Below are positions 11,372 to 25,148 of a DNA stretch of 64,000 nt, in pieces. Positions within the stretch are counted from its first letter, which is position 1; the number at the start of each line of letters is the position of its first letter. Origin of the DNA: Callorhinchus milii. Its lineage: Eukaryota. The DNA is taken from assembly GCF_018977255.1 (NCBI RefSeq), contig NW_024704742.1, positions 104,782,001 through 104,846,000 of the forward strand. The letters run 5' to 3'. The translations under genes and the position numbers were made by a program. The notes beneath the pieces are model-generated. The model made no database searches, was not told where the DNA came from, and saw only the letters and a list, made by a program, of their open reading frames with translations.

Positions 11372-12586
11372 TCCCTTGGTTCCCTGTACACAGTACAGGA
11401 TCACCTATCCAGTCCAATGGACAAAGTTGTTGTAAATGTAAATACTTGTGGAAAAATTTAAACTGACCCCTATGCCTCTGAGATCATTTTAAATCCTTCC
11501 AGAACGAGAAGCAAAGTTCATCTGAGATCAGGATCTGTATCTTTGATGACAACATAAACCTGTTGCCTTAAGCAGCGACATCAATCACTCAGCCAAGCAA
11601 GGAGATATGTAAAATACACTGCAATATCATTTCCCAGCCAACCAAGAAAGTATGTAAAGCAGAATGCCACTTCCATCTATCAAAAAAGCAAAGATAGATA
11701 GATATGTGAAACATACTGAACTACTGATACTAAAGATTCTGATCATGTACCCAATTTAGGCATAGAGCTTAGCACAACCCAAATTGGACAATATGGCAAA
11801 TCTGTTGATCATTTGTGGCAGCTGCTTTACAATACTAGTTCAAGATATTTCTCTTTAATTACTCTAGAAACAGAAATGTTCTGCATAAAAGGGGTCCATT
11901 TGGCCCATCAAGTCTGTATCAATGCTACATGTTTTACTGAACAGATTTAAAGTTTGATGCCATAAGAAAATGGTTATCTCAAAATAGAATTTTCTTATAA
12001 ACAATTGAGTGAAAACATGAGGCAGAACCTTTCAGATATCTTTAAAAATGTATGTTATAACCTTTAGAATATACTTGCTAACAATAAGGTTGCTTTTAAT
12101 TTCTTTTACAGCTGAAAGAATATTTAATTATTGATAGTACTTTAGAGGTACAGCATAGGCTTGAAAACTGAGAGCTGATAAGTTGTTAATTGATCTATTT
12201 ATCATGTGGGGTTTGTAAATGATAAGGTTGACTTAACCAGCCAAGTTACTGCAACTAAATCTTAGGCATATTAATCATGCAGCCTTCCCTTCTTCATTGC
12301 ACTTTGATTTTTTTTTGCAGCTCTAAAGACTCTGGATATTTACCTGACATAAAGTTATGACTGCAAATCATAACATTCATCATGCGCTTTGCTTTATTAA
12401 ATTTTGTCCTAAGTCTTAAATCAATATCATAATGACAACCACATTAATCAACATCTCCTTCCACATTACAAAACATAACATGCCACACATGATGCAACAA
12501 GTTAACTCTTTGAGACAGTGGAAATCAGTTTGTACCATTCAGGCATTCATCTATCAAAGCCCAAAAGACTGCAGATCATATACATG

Positions 12587-13517
12587 TGTCAGCCCGGCTC
12601 AGTAGTAACACTCTCGCCTCAGAGGTGCTCGCACTAGACTCCACAACCCTATCACCACCATCTGTGCCCAACTGCAACGGCTTCCCATCACACAGAGGAT
12701 ACAGTACAAGTTCCTGGTCCTCACCTTCAAAGCCCTCCATGACCTTACTCCTCTGTGACCTCCTAACCTGCTACCATCCTGCCCGCTCCCTCCACTCAGC
12801 GAGCTCCAGCCTGCTTCACGTCCCCCACCTCTCCCGCCCCACCATTCAGCCACTCTGCCCCTATCCTCTGGAACGCTATCCCACAGTTCCTCCCCCTGCC
12901 CCCTCCCTTGCCTCCTTCAAGTCCCATCTTAAGACCCTCCTTTTTTGTGCCTTTGATCACCCTGCTTGCCCCCCTGCCCTCCACCCTCCCCAATCCTGAC
13001 CCCCAGCTCAGGTCCGAAACACTGAATGTTCAGCATCTTAAGACATCCTCCCGACGTGAAAGACGCTATACAAATGTAATTTTGTTGTTGTTGTTTTTGT
13101 TGTAGCTGTTGTTGAGTCAGAAGGCTGTGGGTTCAAGCCCCACAATGGGACTTAGAATCATATGGTCTATGCTGACAGTCCATACAGTGCTTGGGGGGTG
13201 TAGCATGGTCGGCGGTGCCATCCTTCGGATGAGACGTTAAACCATGGTTCCAACTGCCTGTTCAGATGGATGTTTAAAATCCCATGGCACTATTCGAAAA
13301 GAGAAGGTCATTCTTCCCAGTGTCCTAGCCAATAAATCCCCCAAATATAATTGCTATTCACACCATGGCTGTTCTGGAACATTGCTGTGTGCAAACTGGC
13401 TGCCGTGTTTCATCCCAAAATACAGTCAATTCACTTTACAGTATATCCTGTGAAGCGCTTTGAGACATCTCGATGATGTATAAGGTGCTATATGAAATGC
13501 AAGGATTATTATTATTA
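12587..13517 (+). mobile_element. Deu-domain SINE split between box A and box B by an L2 3' fragment (about 12625-13112)
   Basis: Head tgtcagcccggctcagtagtaacactctcgcctcagag resumes as gagtcagaaggctgtgggttcaagccc at 13114; the intervening DNA is an L2 end with a (TTG)n tail. Confidence 0.85.
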
Positions 13518-13594
13518 AAAGTTTTGTCCTACCACTATTGGTAGAATGCATACATGAGGGAGAAGGGTAGTGAGATGTTGGAGGAGTGAAGTCT

Positions 13595-15202
13595 CACCTG
13601 CTCCCTCGACCCCATCCCTACCCCTCTCCTTACCACCCAGCTCCACCTCTTTGCCCCTCTACTCACTGACATTGTAAACCTCTTCGTATCCTATGGTATT
13701 GTTCTCAACCCTTTAAAAAACACTGTCATCACTCCTATCCTCAAAAAACCCTCCCTGGACCCTTCTCTACTCCCTAACTACCAACCCATCTCCAATCTCC
13801 CTTTCCTCTCCATGATCCTGAAACAAGTTATTGCTTCTCAGCTTCGCAACTTCCTCTCCCACCACTCCCAGCTCGAACCCCTCCAATCAGGTTGCCGCCC
13901 ACAGTGACAAATGACATTCTGTCCATCTGCGACCAGGGCTCCCTCTGCCTCCTTGTCCTCATTGGCCTCTCCGCTGCTTTCGACACCTTCAACCACTCTA
14001 TCCTCATCCACCGCCTCTCCTCCTACATCAACCTCTACGGCGCTGTCCTTGATTGGTTCAGATTGTACCTTTCACACCGACTGCACCTCATCTCCACAAA
14101 CGGTTTCTCCTCTAACCCCCGGACCGTCTTGCGTGGCGTTCCTCAGAGCTCTGTCCGTGGTCTCCTCCTCTTCAATATCTATATGCTCCGTCTTGGTGAC
14201 ATCATCCACAGACATGAGGTCAACTTCCACATGTATGCAGATGACACCCAACTGTACCTCTCTGCCTCCAGCCTTGACTCCAGGACCACTGCTGTCCTGA
14301 CAGAATGTCTGTCAAACATCAAATCCTGGATGAGAGTTAACTTTCTTCAGTTGAATGTCAACAAGACTGAGGCTCTCCTGATTGGCTCCTGTCAGTGCCT
14401 CCTCACCTCAGGCGCTGACAGCATCACCATCCATGGTGCACACTCCACCTCACTGAGCCAGTCCGGAACCTTGGGGTCTTGTTTTACCCTCAACTATCCT
14501 TTCTACCCCACATCTGTGCCATGACCCGCTCTGCCTTCCCCCACCTCCTCAACGTCGCCCGACTCCACCACTGTTTCACACTGCAGGCCACCGAAACCCT
14601 CATACATGCTTTCATTACATTGAGGCTTGACACTATGCAAACTCACTGCTTGTTGGCCTCCCCAATTCCTCCCTCCACAGGCTGCAGATCATCCAGAACT
14701 CTACAGCCCGTGTCCTCTCCCACACCAGGCTCCGCGACCCTAACACCCCCATCCTCACCCAACTCCACTGGCTTCCCATCACACAGAGGATACAGTTCAA
14801 GATCCTGGTCGTCACTTTCAAAGCCCTCCATGGTCTTGCTCCCCCCTACCTCTGCGATCTCCTAAACCCCTACCATCCTGCTCGCTACATCCGCTCAGCG
14901 GGCTCCAGCCTTGCTCGCCCCACTATTGGGGTGCAGGCCTTCCACCATTCTGTATCCATCCTCTGGAACTCCATTCTGCAGTTCCTTTACCTTGTCCCCT
15001 CCCTCGCCACCTTCGAGACCCATCTCAAGACTCTCCACTTCGACAGTGCTTTCGATCTCCCTGCTTCCCCTCTTGCCCTCCACCCTCCCCCATCCCGACC
15101 CCCAGCTCGGGTCCATAACAACATCACATTTGTAAAGCGCTTTTCGCCTTGGGACATCCTCCCGACGTGAAAGGCGCTTTACAAATGTCATGTTGTTGTT
15201 GT
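13595..15202 (+). mobile_element. Decayed L2 LINE (RT to 3' tail)
   Basis: ORF 13892..14524 with YADDTQLY; frameshifts; tail gacatcctcccgacgtgaaaggcgct..tgttgttgttg. Confidence 0.95.
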
Positions 15203-15223
15203 GGTCATGGGAAGTATTTGTGC

Positions 15224-15458
15224 GTCAGCCTAATTCAGTGGGTAGCACTCTCATCTCCAAGTCAGAAGATTGTGGGTTCAAGTCCACATCAGGACTCTGA
15301 GCTCATAGTCTGGACATTGCAATACAGGGCTAGGGTGATTTAATGTATCATCCAAAGCATAACACCTCTGACAATGCATTGGAGTGTCATCTTAGACCAT
15401 GGAACATGTGAGTTCAAGTCCCAATCTGGGGTGTGAACCCTCAACCCAGGCTGATACA
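15224..15458. mobile_element. Two Deu-SINE 5' fragments in opposite orientation (15224-15311 +, 15339-15458 -)
   Basis: gtcagcctaattcagtgggtagcactctc..gtcagaagattgtgggttcaagtcc on +; reverse-orientation body/head fragment resembling 7410-7560. Confidence 0.6.
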
Positions 15459-16766
15459 CAAATAAATATAGAAAGTGAAAAACAAATAATTCTGCGGGTT
15501 TATGTTGGTTTATGTTATAGGTACATCTATTTATTTTGCAACAGCGCTATTAACCGATAAAAAAACAATAAAACACCCCAGAAAACTAAATTAGTTTTTG
15601 TCCAATAATTGCTGGAAAAACATTAGAAATGGTTACTGAACTCTGAGGTTAGGGTTTTTCTCTCATTCACTCTGTACATGTCTCACTTTCCACCTCTCCC
15701 TCTCCTCCTTGTGCGCAGGAATGTCTTCTCATTACAGGAACGAAAACCACCAAAAAAATCCACAATTGATAAACACTCTAAAATTGCTAAAAAAAAACTG
15801 AAAAATCAAGTTAATAACCTTCAAAAATCAGAAGCCCTAATTATAAGGATACGGAGCTAATAGTTAAGAATGTGAATTTGTATTTGACTATAACAGGCTT
15901 CTCCCAGGGTGAAGACAATATTGAATTCATTCCAGCAGAAATGTTTCATAGCAGTGGTTTGACATCCATATTCAACAAGTTTTTTTTTTAGAAAATGAGT
16001 AACTTTAGGTTCACCTGTTGCATTCTCTTGTGCTTCTGTGTTATTGAGTCTGAGAGTTTTTCACTTTAATACCAGCTGTAAGATATTCATGAGCAAACAC
16101 TAACTGACAAAGAATGATGGGCTGAAATTAAAGGCTCTTAGGATAAACTGAATCAATCATTCTAGGAATTGATTCCCTTTAGTTAATGTGCTTCGCACTG
16201 CCACTGTGACGAGATAAATTAGTTTTAGATTTCATGAAGTTTGATGAGTGCATTTTTAATGACATTTTTGACATTTAGTACTTTTCTTCACAGAAGGACT
16301 TTTTTTTAAACCATTACTTAGCATATAGGTTGAATGAAGTACAAGCCACTAACAATTTGTGAGATGCATTTTTTTTAAAAAAAGTGTCATGGATTGATAT
16401 GTTGGAAATAAGTTAAGGCATATCTCTAGTTGTTGGCTTGAATTGTAGGGAATTCAAGACTTGACAATCAGGGACATGAATCCTATTGAAGCGGAGTATC
16501 ACTTCTTGAAGGACAAGAGAGAAAAGGAAATATCACTTCAAAATGAAATGCACATGGCTCGAGATTGCCTTCTGTGTGTGTTTGTAATGTCTCCTCGGTG
16601 CACTGAAGGAGGAAGTGAATGTTGAAGTTCCTTAATGGCCTGATTGTACAAGCATGTAACCTTAGCAATCATTTGAGGTGATGCTCTTGAGAGCATATCA
16701 AAGTCAGGCATAATCTTTCCAATGCAAATGCCTTTATTTTTAACAGCTAAGATGATTTAAGAAAAA

Positions 16767-17138
16767 AATAATAATCCTTACATTTGATATAGTGCCTTAC
16801 CACATCTTCAAGACATCTCAAAGCGCTTCACAGAATACACTGTAAAGTGAATTGACTGTATATTTTGTGGGCGAAACATGGCAGCCAATTGTCACAGCAG
16901 TGTCTCACAAACAGTAGTGGATTCAAGTGACCAATTTATTATTATTATTTTGTCGTTGAATGAATTATTACCCCAGAAAAGCGATCAGCTAATCGCCAAA
17001 CAATCAGGTTCCTACTTACTGCTAGGTAAACAGGCGTTTGGAGTAAGGAAACTTGGCCAACATTCTGCCCTGCCTGGAATTGAACCCAGGTCTCTTGCTT
17101 GCAAGGCAAGTTCTCTAACCACTGAGCTCTGGGACTCC
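16767..17138 (-). mobile_element. Full-length tRNA-derived SINE (long form)
   Basis: Complete reverse-complement match from ggagtcc..agctcagtggttagag to the (ATT)n tail. Confidence 0.92.
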
Positions 17139-17580
17139 ATGATGGTTTACTTTGTACCTTGTATTTTTGGGGAGTGGGTAAAAGGGGGTGTGTGGGTGGG
17201 GGGTTGCCAGCTGACCAAAAATAAAATAAAAAAACATCAGTGAGCTCAGGTGCTTTTAGCTATACATACATCTGTGGCTCTGTTTGCAGATACTGCACAA
17301 AAGGGAATAATGTTTTGCTAAAATGTTACTTATCTTTATCTTATTTCTTGTAGGACCCCTCCTCATGGGAGCCCAAGCACATGTTGGGCTAATAGAGTAC
17401 TAAAATATTACTCCAGGACAAAAATACATGCCATGGGTAGCTGACCGCCATGATTGGTTGCTGATCCTGTCCAGCCCACCTCACCATCGGTGGTCGGGCA
17501 GGATCACATCGACCTACAGCCTCCATCCTTTGGAACATCATCCCACAGTCTCTTTGCCTCGTGCCTTCAGTTATTTTCCT

Positions 17581-19575
17581 ACAACAACAACTTGGATTTA
17601 TAGACCACTCTCCATGCCGGACGGCATTTCAGAGTGCTTTACAGTAACGGATCCCGGGACGGAGCCAGGGGGAGGGGGAGGAAGGTGACCAAAGGCGCGG
17701 TCGAAAAGAAAGGTCTTCAGCAGAGACCTGAAAATGGGAAGGGAGGGAGCGAGGCGAAGGGAGTGAGGAAGGCAGTTCCAGAGCCTCGGGGCATAGTGGC
17801 TGAAGGCACGGCCGCCGAGGGTGGAGAGGAGGACTTGGGGGATGAGGAGGAGGCCAGACCTGGAGGAACGAAGGCAACGGGTACTGTTTTGAGGAGAGAG
17901 GAGGTCAAAGAGGTAGGGGGTGCAGAGGAGCGCAGGGACTTGAATACAAGGGTGAGGATCTTGAAATCGATCCTCTCTGGAACAGGCAGCCAGTGCAGTC
18001 TGGCAAGGATTGGGGTGATCGGGGAACGGAGTCTCGTGCGGGTGAGAATGCGGGCGGCAGAGTTTTTAATGATTTGGAGTTTATTGATGGTAGTGAAGGG
18101 GAGGCCGGCGAGGAAGGCATTAGAGTAGTCAGGCCGAGAGGTGACAAAGGCATGGACCGCGGTTTCAGCGGCTTTTGGGGAGAGGTATTGCCGGAGACGG
18201 GCGATGCGTCGGAGGTGGAAGAAAGTGGTGGTGATGAGGGACCGGACGTGGGGGAGGAAGGATAATTGGGGGTTGAACCTGACACCTAGGTTGCGTACGG
18301 GTTCGGAGAGTTTTAGGGGGAGGTCAGGTAGGTGGAGGAGGTCAGAACCGTGAGATTTTAGACATTGACGAGAGCCAAAGAGCATGGCTTCCGTCTTGTC
18401 AACGTTCAGCTAAAGGAAATTTGCGCTCATCCATCTCTTGAGGTCTGACAGGCAGACTGACAGAACATCAGGGAACTGGGGGTCGCAAAGAGAAGAGGAA
18501 AAATAGAGTTGGGTGTCGTCTGCATACATATAGAAGTGTACCCCATGTCTGCGGATGACATCCCCAAGAGGGAACATGTAGATCAGAAAGAGGAGGGGCC
18601 AAGGATGGATCCTTGGGGTACCCCGCAGATACCCGGGTGAGAGCGGGAGGAGAAGCCGTTTATGCAGATGTACTGCTGGCGGTTTGTGAGGTAGGACTCG
18701 AACCAGGCGAGTGCAGTCCCACTGAGGTGGATGATGAAGGAAAGGCGGTGGAGGAGGATGGCGTGATCGACTGTGTTGAACATGGCGAAGAGGTCCAAGA
18801 GGCCAAGGAAGCAGAGGGAGCCCTGGTCACAGATAGAGAGGATGTCATTTGTGACTTTCACAAGCGCAGTCTCTGTATTGTGGGCAGTGCGGAAACCGGA
18901 CTGGAGGGGTTTGAAGAGGGAGTGGGAAGAGAGGTGTGCGGGAAAGTTGGTTGGCAATAATGCATTTGAGGTTAGAAATAGGGCGGCAGTGGCTGGGGTT
19001 TGAGGGCCGTTTTTGCATGAGTCAAAGAACGATGATAACTGTGGAGATGCTCGAGCCACAGTTGGCGGTGAACTGTCAGGCCAGTTTTCCGCCATCTGCA
19101 CTCGAGCAGACGGGTTTGGGTTTTTTGGCGGCCGAGATGGTTGTTGTACCGGGGGATCGGGTGGGTTTGGAGATGGTCCTGGATTTCAGGAGGACGAGGG
19201 AGTTGAAGGTGGAGGAGAGGTGATCATGGAGCAGCTGGACTGCTGCTTCAGGATCTCCACGGGTGGAAGGCCAGAGAGATAGGATGTTTGATGATGAGAG
19301 GGCCTTTGTGAGGGTCTCAGGGCGGTAGAGGATGGTTGAAGAGAGAGGGATGTGAGAGGAGAAGGAGATGAAAAAGTGGTCCCAGATGGCCTTGTCCACT
19401 ATGCTGAGGTTGGAAATGTCAAGGCCGTGGGTGATGACAAGGTCAAGTTCATGACCATGGTTGTGGGTGGGTGAGTTTATATGAAGGGTAAAGTTTAGGG
19501 AGGAGAGGTAGGCAGTGAATCGGCAGAAGTGGTGCAGGGGGAGTTTAGGTGGAGGTTGAAATCGCCCATTATGAG
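17581..19575 (-). mobile_element. Decayed L2 LINE, second subfamily, with endonuclease remnant and internal deletions
   Basis: ORFs 19076..19582 (PTHNHGHELDLVIT, DHF; APE endonuclease C-terminal motifs), 18583..19101 and 17717..18385; 3' tail differs from the young subfamily. Confidence 0.93.
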
Positions 19576-19772
19576 TAGGCACTCGGAGCAGAGGGACCGC
19601 TACCTTCCCTGCTCTCCATCCCTCCTGATCCCAACCCCCAGCTTGGGTCCAGCATCTTGGGATGTCCTCCCAACGTGAAAGGTACTATACAAATCCAATT
19701 TGTTGTTTAGGCTCTAAATAAAGGACTGGATGCAGAACACTGAAGCTCAGGCAAACTGCCCATTCCTGGGAT

Positions 19773-19919
19773 AAACAAAACACAAAATACTGCAAATGCT
19801 GGAAATCTGAAACAAAAGCAGAACTTGAAGGGTCATGGACCTGAAACGTTGACTGACTTTGCTTTTACCATAGATGATGCCTGATCTGCTGAGTGTTCCC
19901 AGCGACTTCTGTTTTTGTT
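19773..19919. mobile_element. Penelope-like palindromic element remnant with partial hammerhead ribozyme motif
   Basis: aaaatactgcaaatgctggaaatctgaaa left arm; tgaa-gggtc-atg-gacc-tgaaacgtt core; gcctgatctgctgagt..ttctgtttttgtt right arm. Matches from memory a common chondrichthyan repeat. Confidence 0.65.
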
Positions 19920-20424
19920 ACGTATTCCTAGTGTCAGAAAGGACATATATCTTCAGTTATCTTAATTACTGAGGAATCAAGATAACAGGAACAATTCCTT
20001 TGAAGTAATAATGGTGGGGGGGGGGTGTTTAAAAACATAATAATACAAAATAATAACATAAAAATATAAACTCGAAATAAAAAATATTTATATATAAATA
20101 TCTTTAAATGTTTTTCTTAAATCAGAAGGCAGATGGAACCTAAATCAAAAGAACAGATGATGATCTGGAAATATAAATAATAAATAATTTATTTGATATG
20201 GAAAGTGTTCAGCTGGATCCTTTCACTTTCATTGATGTTAAGGTAGCCCTGTTGTGAATACTGAAATGTTTCAAACTCATCTCCAATAAAAGCAAGCTAT
20301 AGACGGAAAAAGAAATGATTTGAACATTGTATAGAATAATATTTAGAATGATGTTTAGAGATTTGGCTACTTGAAGTGAGGAAGCGCTGATGGAAACCAA
20401 GCAGAGAGGTCTCCGTTGACATAC

Positions 20425-20712
20425 AACTGACAGATGTTCTGAAAGGACAGCAGTGGTCCTGGAGTTGAAGGTGGAGGCAGAGAGATGGAGTTGGGTGTCA
20501 TCCGCGTACATATGGAAATTAACCCCATGTCTGGGGTAATATTACCAATGTGGAGGGCTGGAGGAGAATACAAAGTGAAGACGACGGGAAAGGTAAGAGT
20601 GAAACCAGGCAAGGATAGAACTGTGAAGGTGCGGGCTGAGGAAAGGCGGTGCAGAATAGAGCGTCGACAGTGTCAAAGAGGGACAAGTAGACAGAGAGAG
20701 CCTGGTCACAGA
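20425..20712 (-). mobile_element. L2 RT fragment, heavily decayed
   Basis: ORF 20209..20511 begins [13 protein letters not shown]. Confidence 0.85.
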
Positions 20713-22582
20713 ACGTTCAATGAAAAATAGTTCCCTTGTCTAACGAGACAAACTAAATGGTCTAAAAAGTATTTTGCCCAACAGGAGAAATTAAATGTGC
20801 ATGACTTGCTATATGGCTACAGTCAATGATGTTGGCCAAGGCAGCAATGGGAATAAATAGCTGTTGCTCTGTTGTTACTAGAATATTGGAAACAGATAGT
20901 ACAGACTGTGGCTCTGTGGAGAATTGCAGAGATTTGAAAAATGGATTTGAAGATTGCTGAGGGATACCCCCAGTTGCTTGGCAGAGATCTGAAAGATGCT
21001 GGTAATAAGGAATATGAGTGTAGCTGTCTCCTTTTTTTGGCTGAGGCAGAGTGTGTTTGGTGTTAGCAGGATCTCAGAAGCTTTTCCTTTATTAATTCAA
21101 TATCTCTGAAAACAGTAGGTGTGTGACTAATAAAAACAGTGCATTAGCTACGAATCCTGAGGGATACCTTTCCATCAGCAATTTTACAGTAAAAGGAGCA
21201 CTAGTATAGTCTTTCAACCGCGTCAAAATTGTGGAGCAAAATGCAACTGCTACTTCACTTTGGAATAAGTAAAGATTGAGCCAGAGATAGGAGATCCTCA
21301 ATGAAACATTTTTATTCACAAATACTTCTCTAAATTACAGCAAAATGCCTCATTTTTATTGATGAAAAATGCACAAAAATAATAAAAAATCATGGAAAGT
21401 GTCACTGTTAAAAGCAAATTATACCATTTTTAATTCAGTTGAGTAAACTGAAAGAAGGGAATCATTGTTTGTTATTATTCAGATTATTATAACACAGATT
21501 TCAACCTTTGATTTTTTATTTCCATCAAAAGCAGACTTCCATTTGAAGTAGCAATTATGAGGGTAAATGAAAATCGTAAAACACTATTGCCAGCTGTCAT
21601 ATGCAATGAATCTCCAGCTAGCAGTTTTCATAACAGTGTTTGAACCTTGCTTGTCCTTTTGTCTCTCAGAACTTTAGAAAGGTAATTCCTTGTGCCATTG
21701 CAATGCTCGGTCAGTGAAATGTTCAAATGCATACACTTTATTGAGCTTCACAACACCAGGAATTATTCACATGGTAGAGCTTTGCCTGTCTATTTTGCTT
21801 TCTCTCAACTTTTATCTTTTCAAGTTGTTTCAGCTGAGACTTGATCACAGTGTGAGAACCAAGCCCAAAGAGGGTGGATTTGGTTATGACAATTCCGCTG
21901 ACATTTACGGTATAGCCTTTCCTTGGAGGAAGGCTGCATACTAACTCAGATGGTGCAATTGCCTCCAGAGGCAACCTACTACTTATGTGACGCACACCTA
22001 TTAAATTGGCTTTTAATCCCAGCTCCTGAGACAACAGTAAATGAGCATCTGCTTACCCAGATGGTGCAGAATGGACATTGCTGGGCTATCAGGACTTTCC
22101 CTGGAGACTAGAGAAAATCTGGGGCCAGAAAATATCGAGGCGGGCTGAGACTTTGAAACAATTGAGCATGTGTGCACACGTCATAAGCAGCTGTTTTGCT
22201 GCTGCCTGTGCCTGGAATTGTTCTCTGTGAAGTACACAAGTCATCTGCAGGCATCTGAGGAATTAAACTCCTCCCAGTCTCAAACCTAAAAAAAAGTCTT
22301 AAAATTTAAGATTGCGTGGAATTCAAGCAAATTCTTCAATTCAGACTTTGTTGGAAGCCATTTTTCCACAGTTTTTAAAAAGCAGTCCCCAAACTGGAAG
22401 ATGCAATGATCAGAATCTGAATTGAGAATACTGCAACTTTGAACCATCAGTTATGATTGGGGGCTACTTTGAGACATTTATTCTTACATAAAAGACACTG
22501 TATAAATGGCAGTAATTATGATTTTATATAATAATTAGCACATTTTAGCCAATTACATTTGGGTAAGGTTATATAACAAAAA

Positions 22583-23700
22583 ATTACATTTGTAAAGAGC
22601 TTTTCAAGTCTGGAGGATGTCCCAAGGCCTGGACAGTCAGGGATTTGGACCTGAGCCGGATTGGTGGGGGGGATTGGGCTGAGGGAGGGTGGAGGGCAGG
22701 GAGGGTAGGAGCGTGGCCGAAGGCACGGTCGAAGAGGAAGGTTTTGTGATGTGTCTTGAAGGAGGCAAAGGAGGGAACAAAGCGAAGGGAATGTGGGTTG
22801 GAGTTCCAGAGGGTGGGGACAGAGAGGCTGAAGGCCCGGTTGCCAATGGTGGGGCAGACCAGGCGGGCGATGTGCCGCAGGCCAGAGCCTGCTAAATGGA
22901 GGGAGCGGACAGATTGATATAGGGTCAACAGGTCACAGAGGTAAGAAGGGGCAAGGCCGTGCAGGGCCTTGAAGGCGAGGATGAGCATTTTGAATTCTAT
23001 GCTCTGAGGGATGGGGAGCCAGTGGAGCCGGGTGAGGGTGGGTGCGAAGGGTTCACTGAACCTGGTGAGGGAGAGGACACGAGCTGCAGAGTTCTGGATG
23101 ATCTGCAGATTGTGGAGGGAAGAGTTGGGAAGGCTGACAAGCAGGGTGTTAGCATAGTAGAGCCTGGATATGATAAACGCAAGAATGAGGGTTACAGGGG
23201 CCTGAGGGCTAGACAGTGGCAGAGCCGGGCGACGTTGTGGAGGTGGGGCAAGGCAAAGTGGGTCATGGCACAAATGTGGAGGAGAAAGGAGAGTTGAGGG
23301 TCAAACAAAATACCTAGGTTCCGGACTGGCTTATTAAGATGGAGTGTGCTTCTTTGGATGGTGATGCTGCCAGTACCAGAGATGTGGAGGTAGTGATGGG
23401 AGCCAATCAGGAGAGCCTCGATCTTGTTGACTTTCAACTGTACAAAGTTAGCTCTCATCCAGGACCTGATATCTGACAGACATCCTGTCAGGACAGCAGT
23501 GGTCCTTGAGTCGAGGGTCGAGGCAGAGAGATAGAGTTGAGTGTCATCCGCATACATGTGGAAGTTGACCCCATATCTGCGGATGATGTCATCAAGATGG
23601 AGCATGTACAAGTTGAAGAGGAGAGGACCAAGGACAGAGCGCTGAGGAACACTTCACGAGATGGTCCAGGCCTGAAGGAGAAGCCGTTTGTGGAGACAAA
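22583..23700 (-). mobile_element. Decayed L2 LINE 3' part
   Basis: ORFs 23192..23611 (YADDTQLY) and 22584..23273 (LHWLP, RAFS). Confidence 0.95.
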
Positions 23701-24334
23701 GGCTTCTTTATAATTTATAATGTAAAATTGAATCTGTGTAACACTGTAGATATATTTTAATACTCAACTATTCAAACTGTAAACCTTCACGTTTATTGTA
23801 AAGTTGTTATAATTATGTAATTATTATATAATCTGAATTGTATTTTTTTTAAATACTGAGGCTGCAATTTGACATTTGGAATGGGAAAATTCACATTCTC
23901 ACAGTCAGTGATCATCTCAGAACTGCAATTTTCACACATTCTTGCCACTCTCACCCCTATGTTAAGCATATAAACCAATATATTTGATAGTGAAAATGTT
24001 ACAGTCATGTCTGAAAGCAGCAGTGACAGTAATGTTAACCTGGAGCCTGTCTACTCTGATATATTACACAAAAGAAATAGAAGTTGGACACTGCATAAAG
24101 ATGGCAAGGCTCTGTTCTCTGTAATAGCTCTACAATTTACCAGTCGTTGCAGGAGAATACTCATCAACTTGTTTCCTATTAAATGTTCAAAAAATCTCTT
24201 TTGTACATTATGCAACAATGATCCTCAGTCATCAAAGAGCCATAGATACTGTATAATCAGTGGTTGTCAAATTCCATTTAATTTTGCTATATTTTCGCGA
24301 AATGTTTTTTGAACATTATTTTGGGTAAGCATGG

Positions 24335-24870
24335 TGTCTGACACATCACCATGCTTAAGAGTATTCAAATCAAACTGAGTTTTCATGCATCCCACCTACA
24401 CATGGAAATTCCAGAGAAGTTTATTGGAAAGGAAGGCGTGCTCTCTCCCTGGAGGGGTGCATCCCGCTTACCTAATTCGGGAAAGTATTAGGCGCAGGTT
24501 GGCAAGAGCCAAGACTTGGGGACTCCAGAGTGTGTTGGTGTACTGCTGGAGTCTAACCAGCTAACACCACATAGCTTGCCATTGATATCGCTGACTGGCA
24601 AGCTTTCCTGCTGCTTGTCCAGCTAGGACCACCCTATCCATTAGAGCTTTGTCTTGCAGTGTTAACAGGAGCTGAGTGGGTTGACTCACTGCCCCCAGTG
24701 ACTGGTCTGCCCTTCCAACTTCTGTCACTGAGCCGGTCTCACTATGCTGTCATCAGCAGTGCTCTGGAGTATTGTGGACCCGCCTGGCTCAGAAACTGGA
24801 CTACTGAGACTGTCACAGAGGGCGGGATTGGTTCTGACATTCTATTGCATGTCACCTTGGAGCTAGTTCA
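24335..24870 (-). repeat. Unclassified interspersed repeat, copy 1 (strand relative to the 50410 copy)
   Basis: Reverse complement aligns by eye along its length with 50460-51013 (e.g. gggtggtcctagctggacaagcag, atactcttaagcatggtgatg). Confidence 0.85.
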
Positions 24871-25148
24871 ATAAAGTATATAAAAGGAGAGGCAAGTTCA
24901 ATCCTTAGGAGTTGTGCAAAATATAGAGCGCAAAACAAGATTCCGGCCAGTTCATGAAAAAAAGCAGGCGATGAATTAAATGGATAAACAAGAACAATAA
25001 GAAAATCAGGAAATATATTAATCTACAAATTGAATGCAGACGGACCTATGTGGCAGTATCAAACAAAAATAGTTCTTGTAAACATCGGTGCAACTGGGAC
25101 TGTTAACAAGACTACCCAGAAATACCTGGTGAATAAAATATCAAATTT

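Noticed and set aside
9241..11404. Long RT ORFs as an intact autonomous element or a novel RT system
   Set aside because: Ordinary 5'-truncated L2 ORF2 pieces with frameshifts and no endonuclease. The duplicated domain is explained by nesting.
21065..21260. Two apparent terminal exons (EVAVAFCSTILTRLKDY.. / DIELIKEKLLRSC*)
   Set aside because: The implied intron is only 62 nt with weak splice sites, and the peptide is not recognisable.
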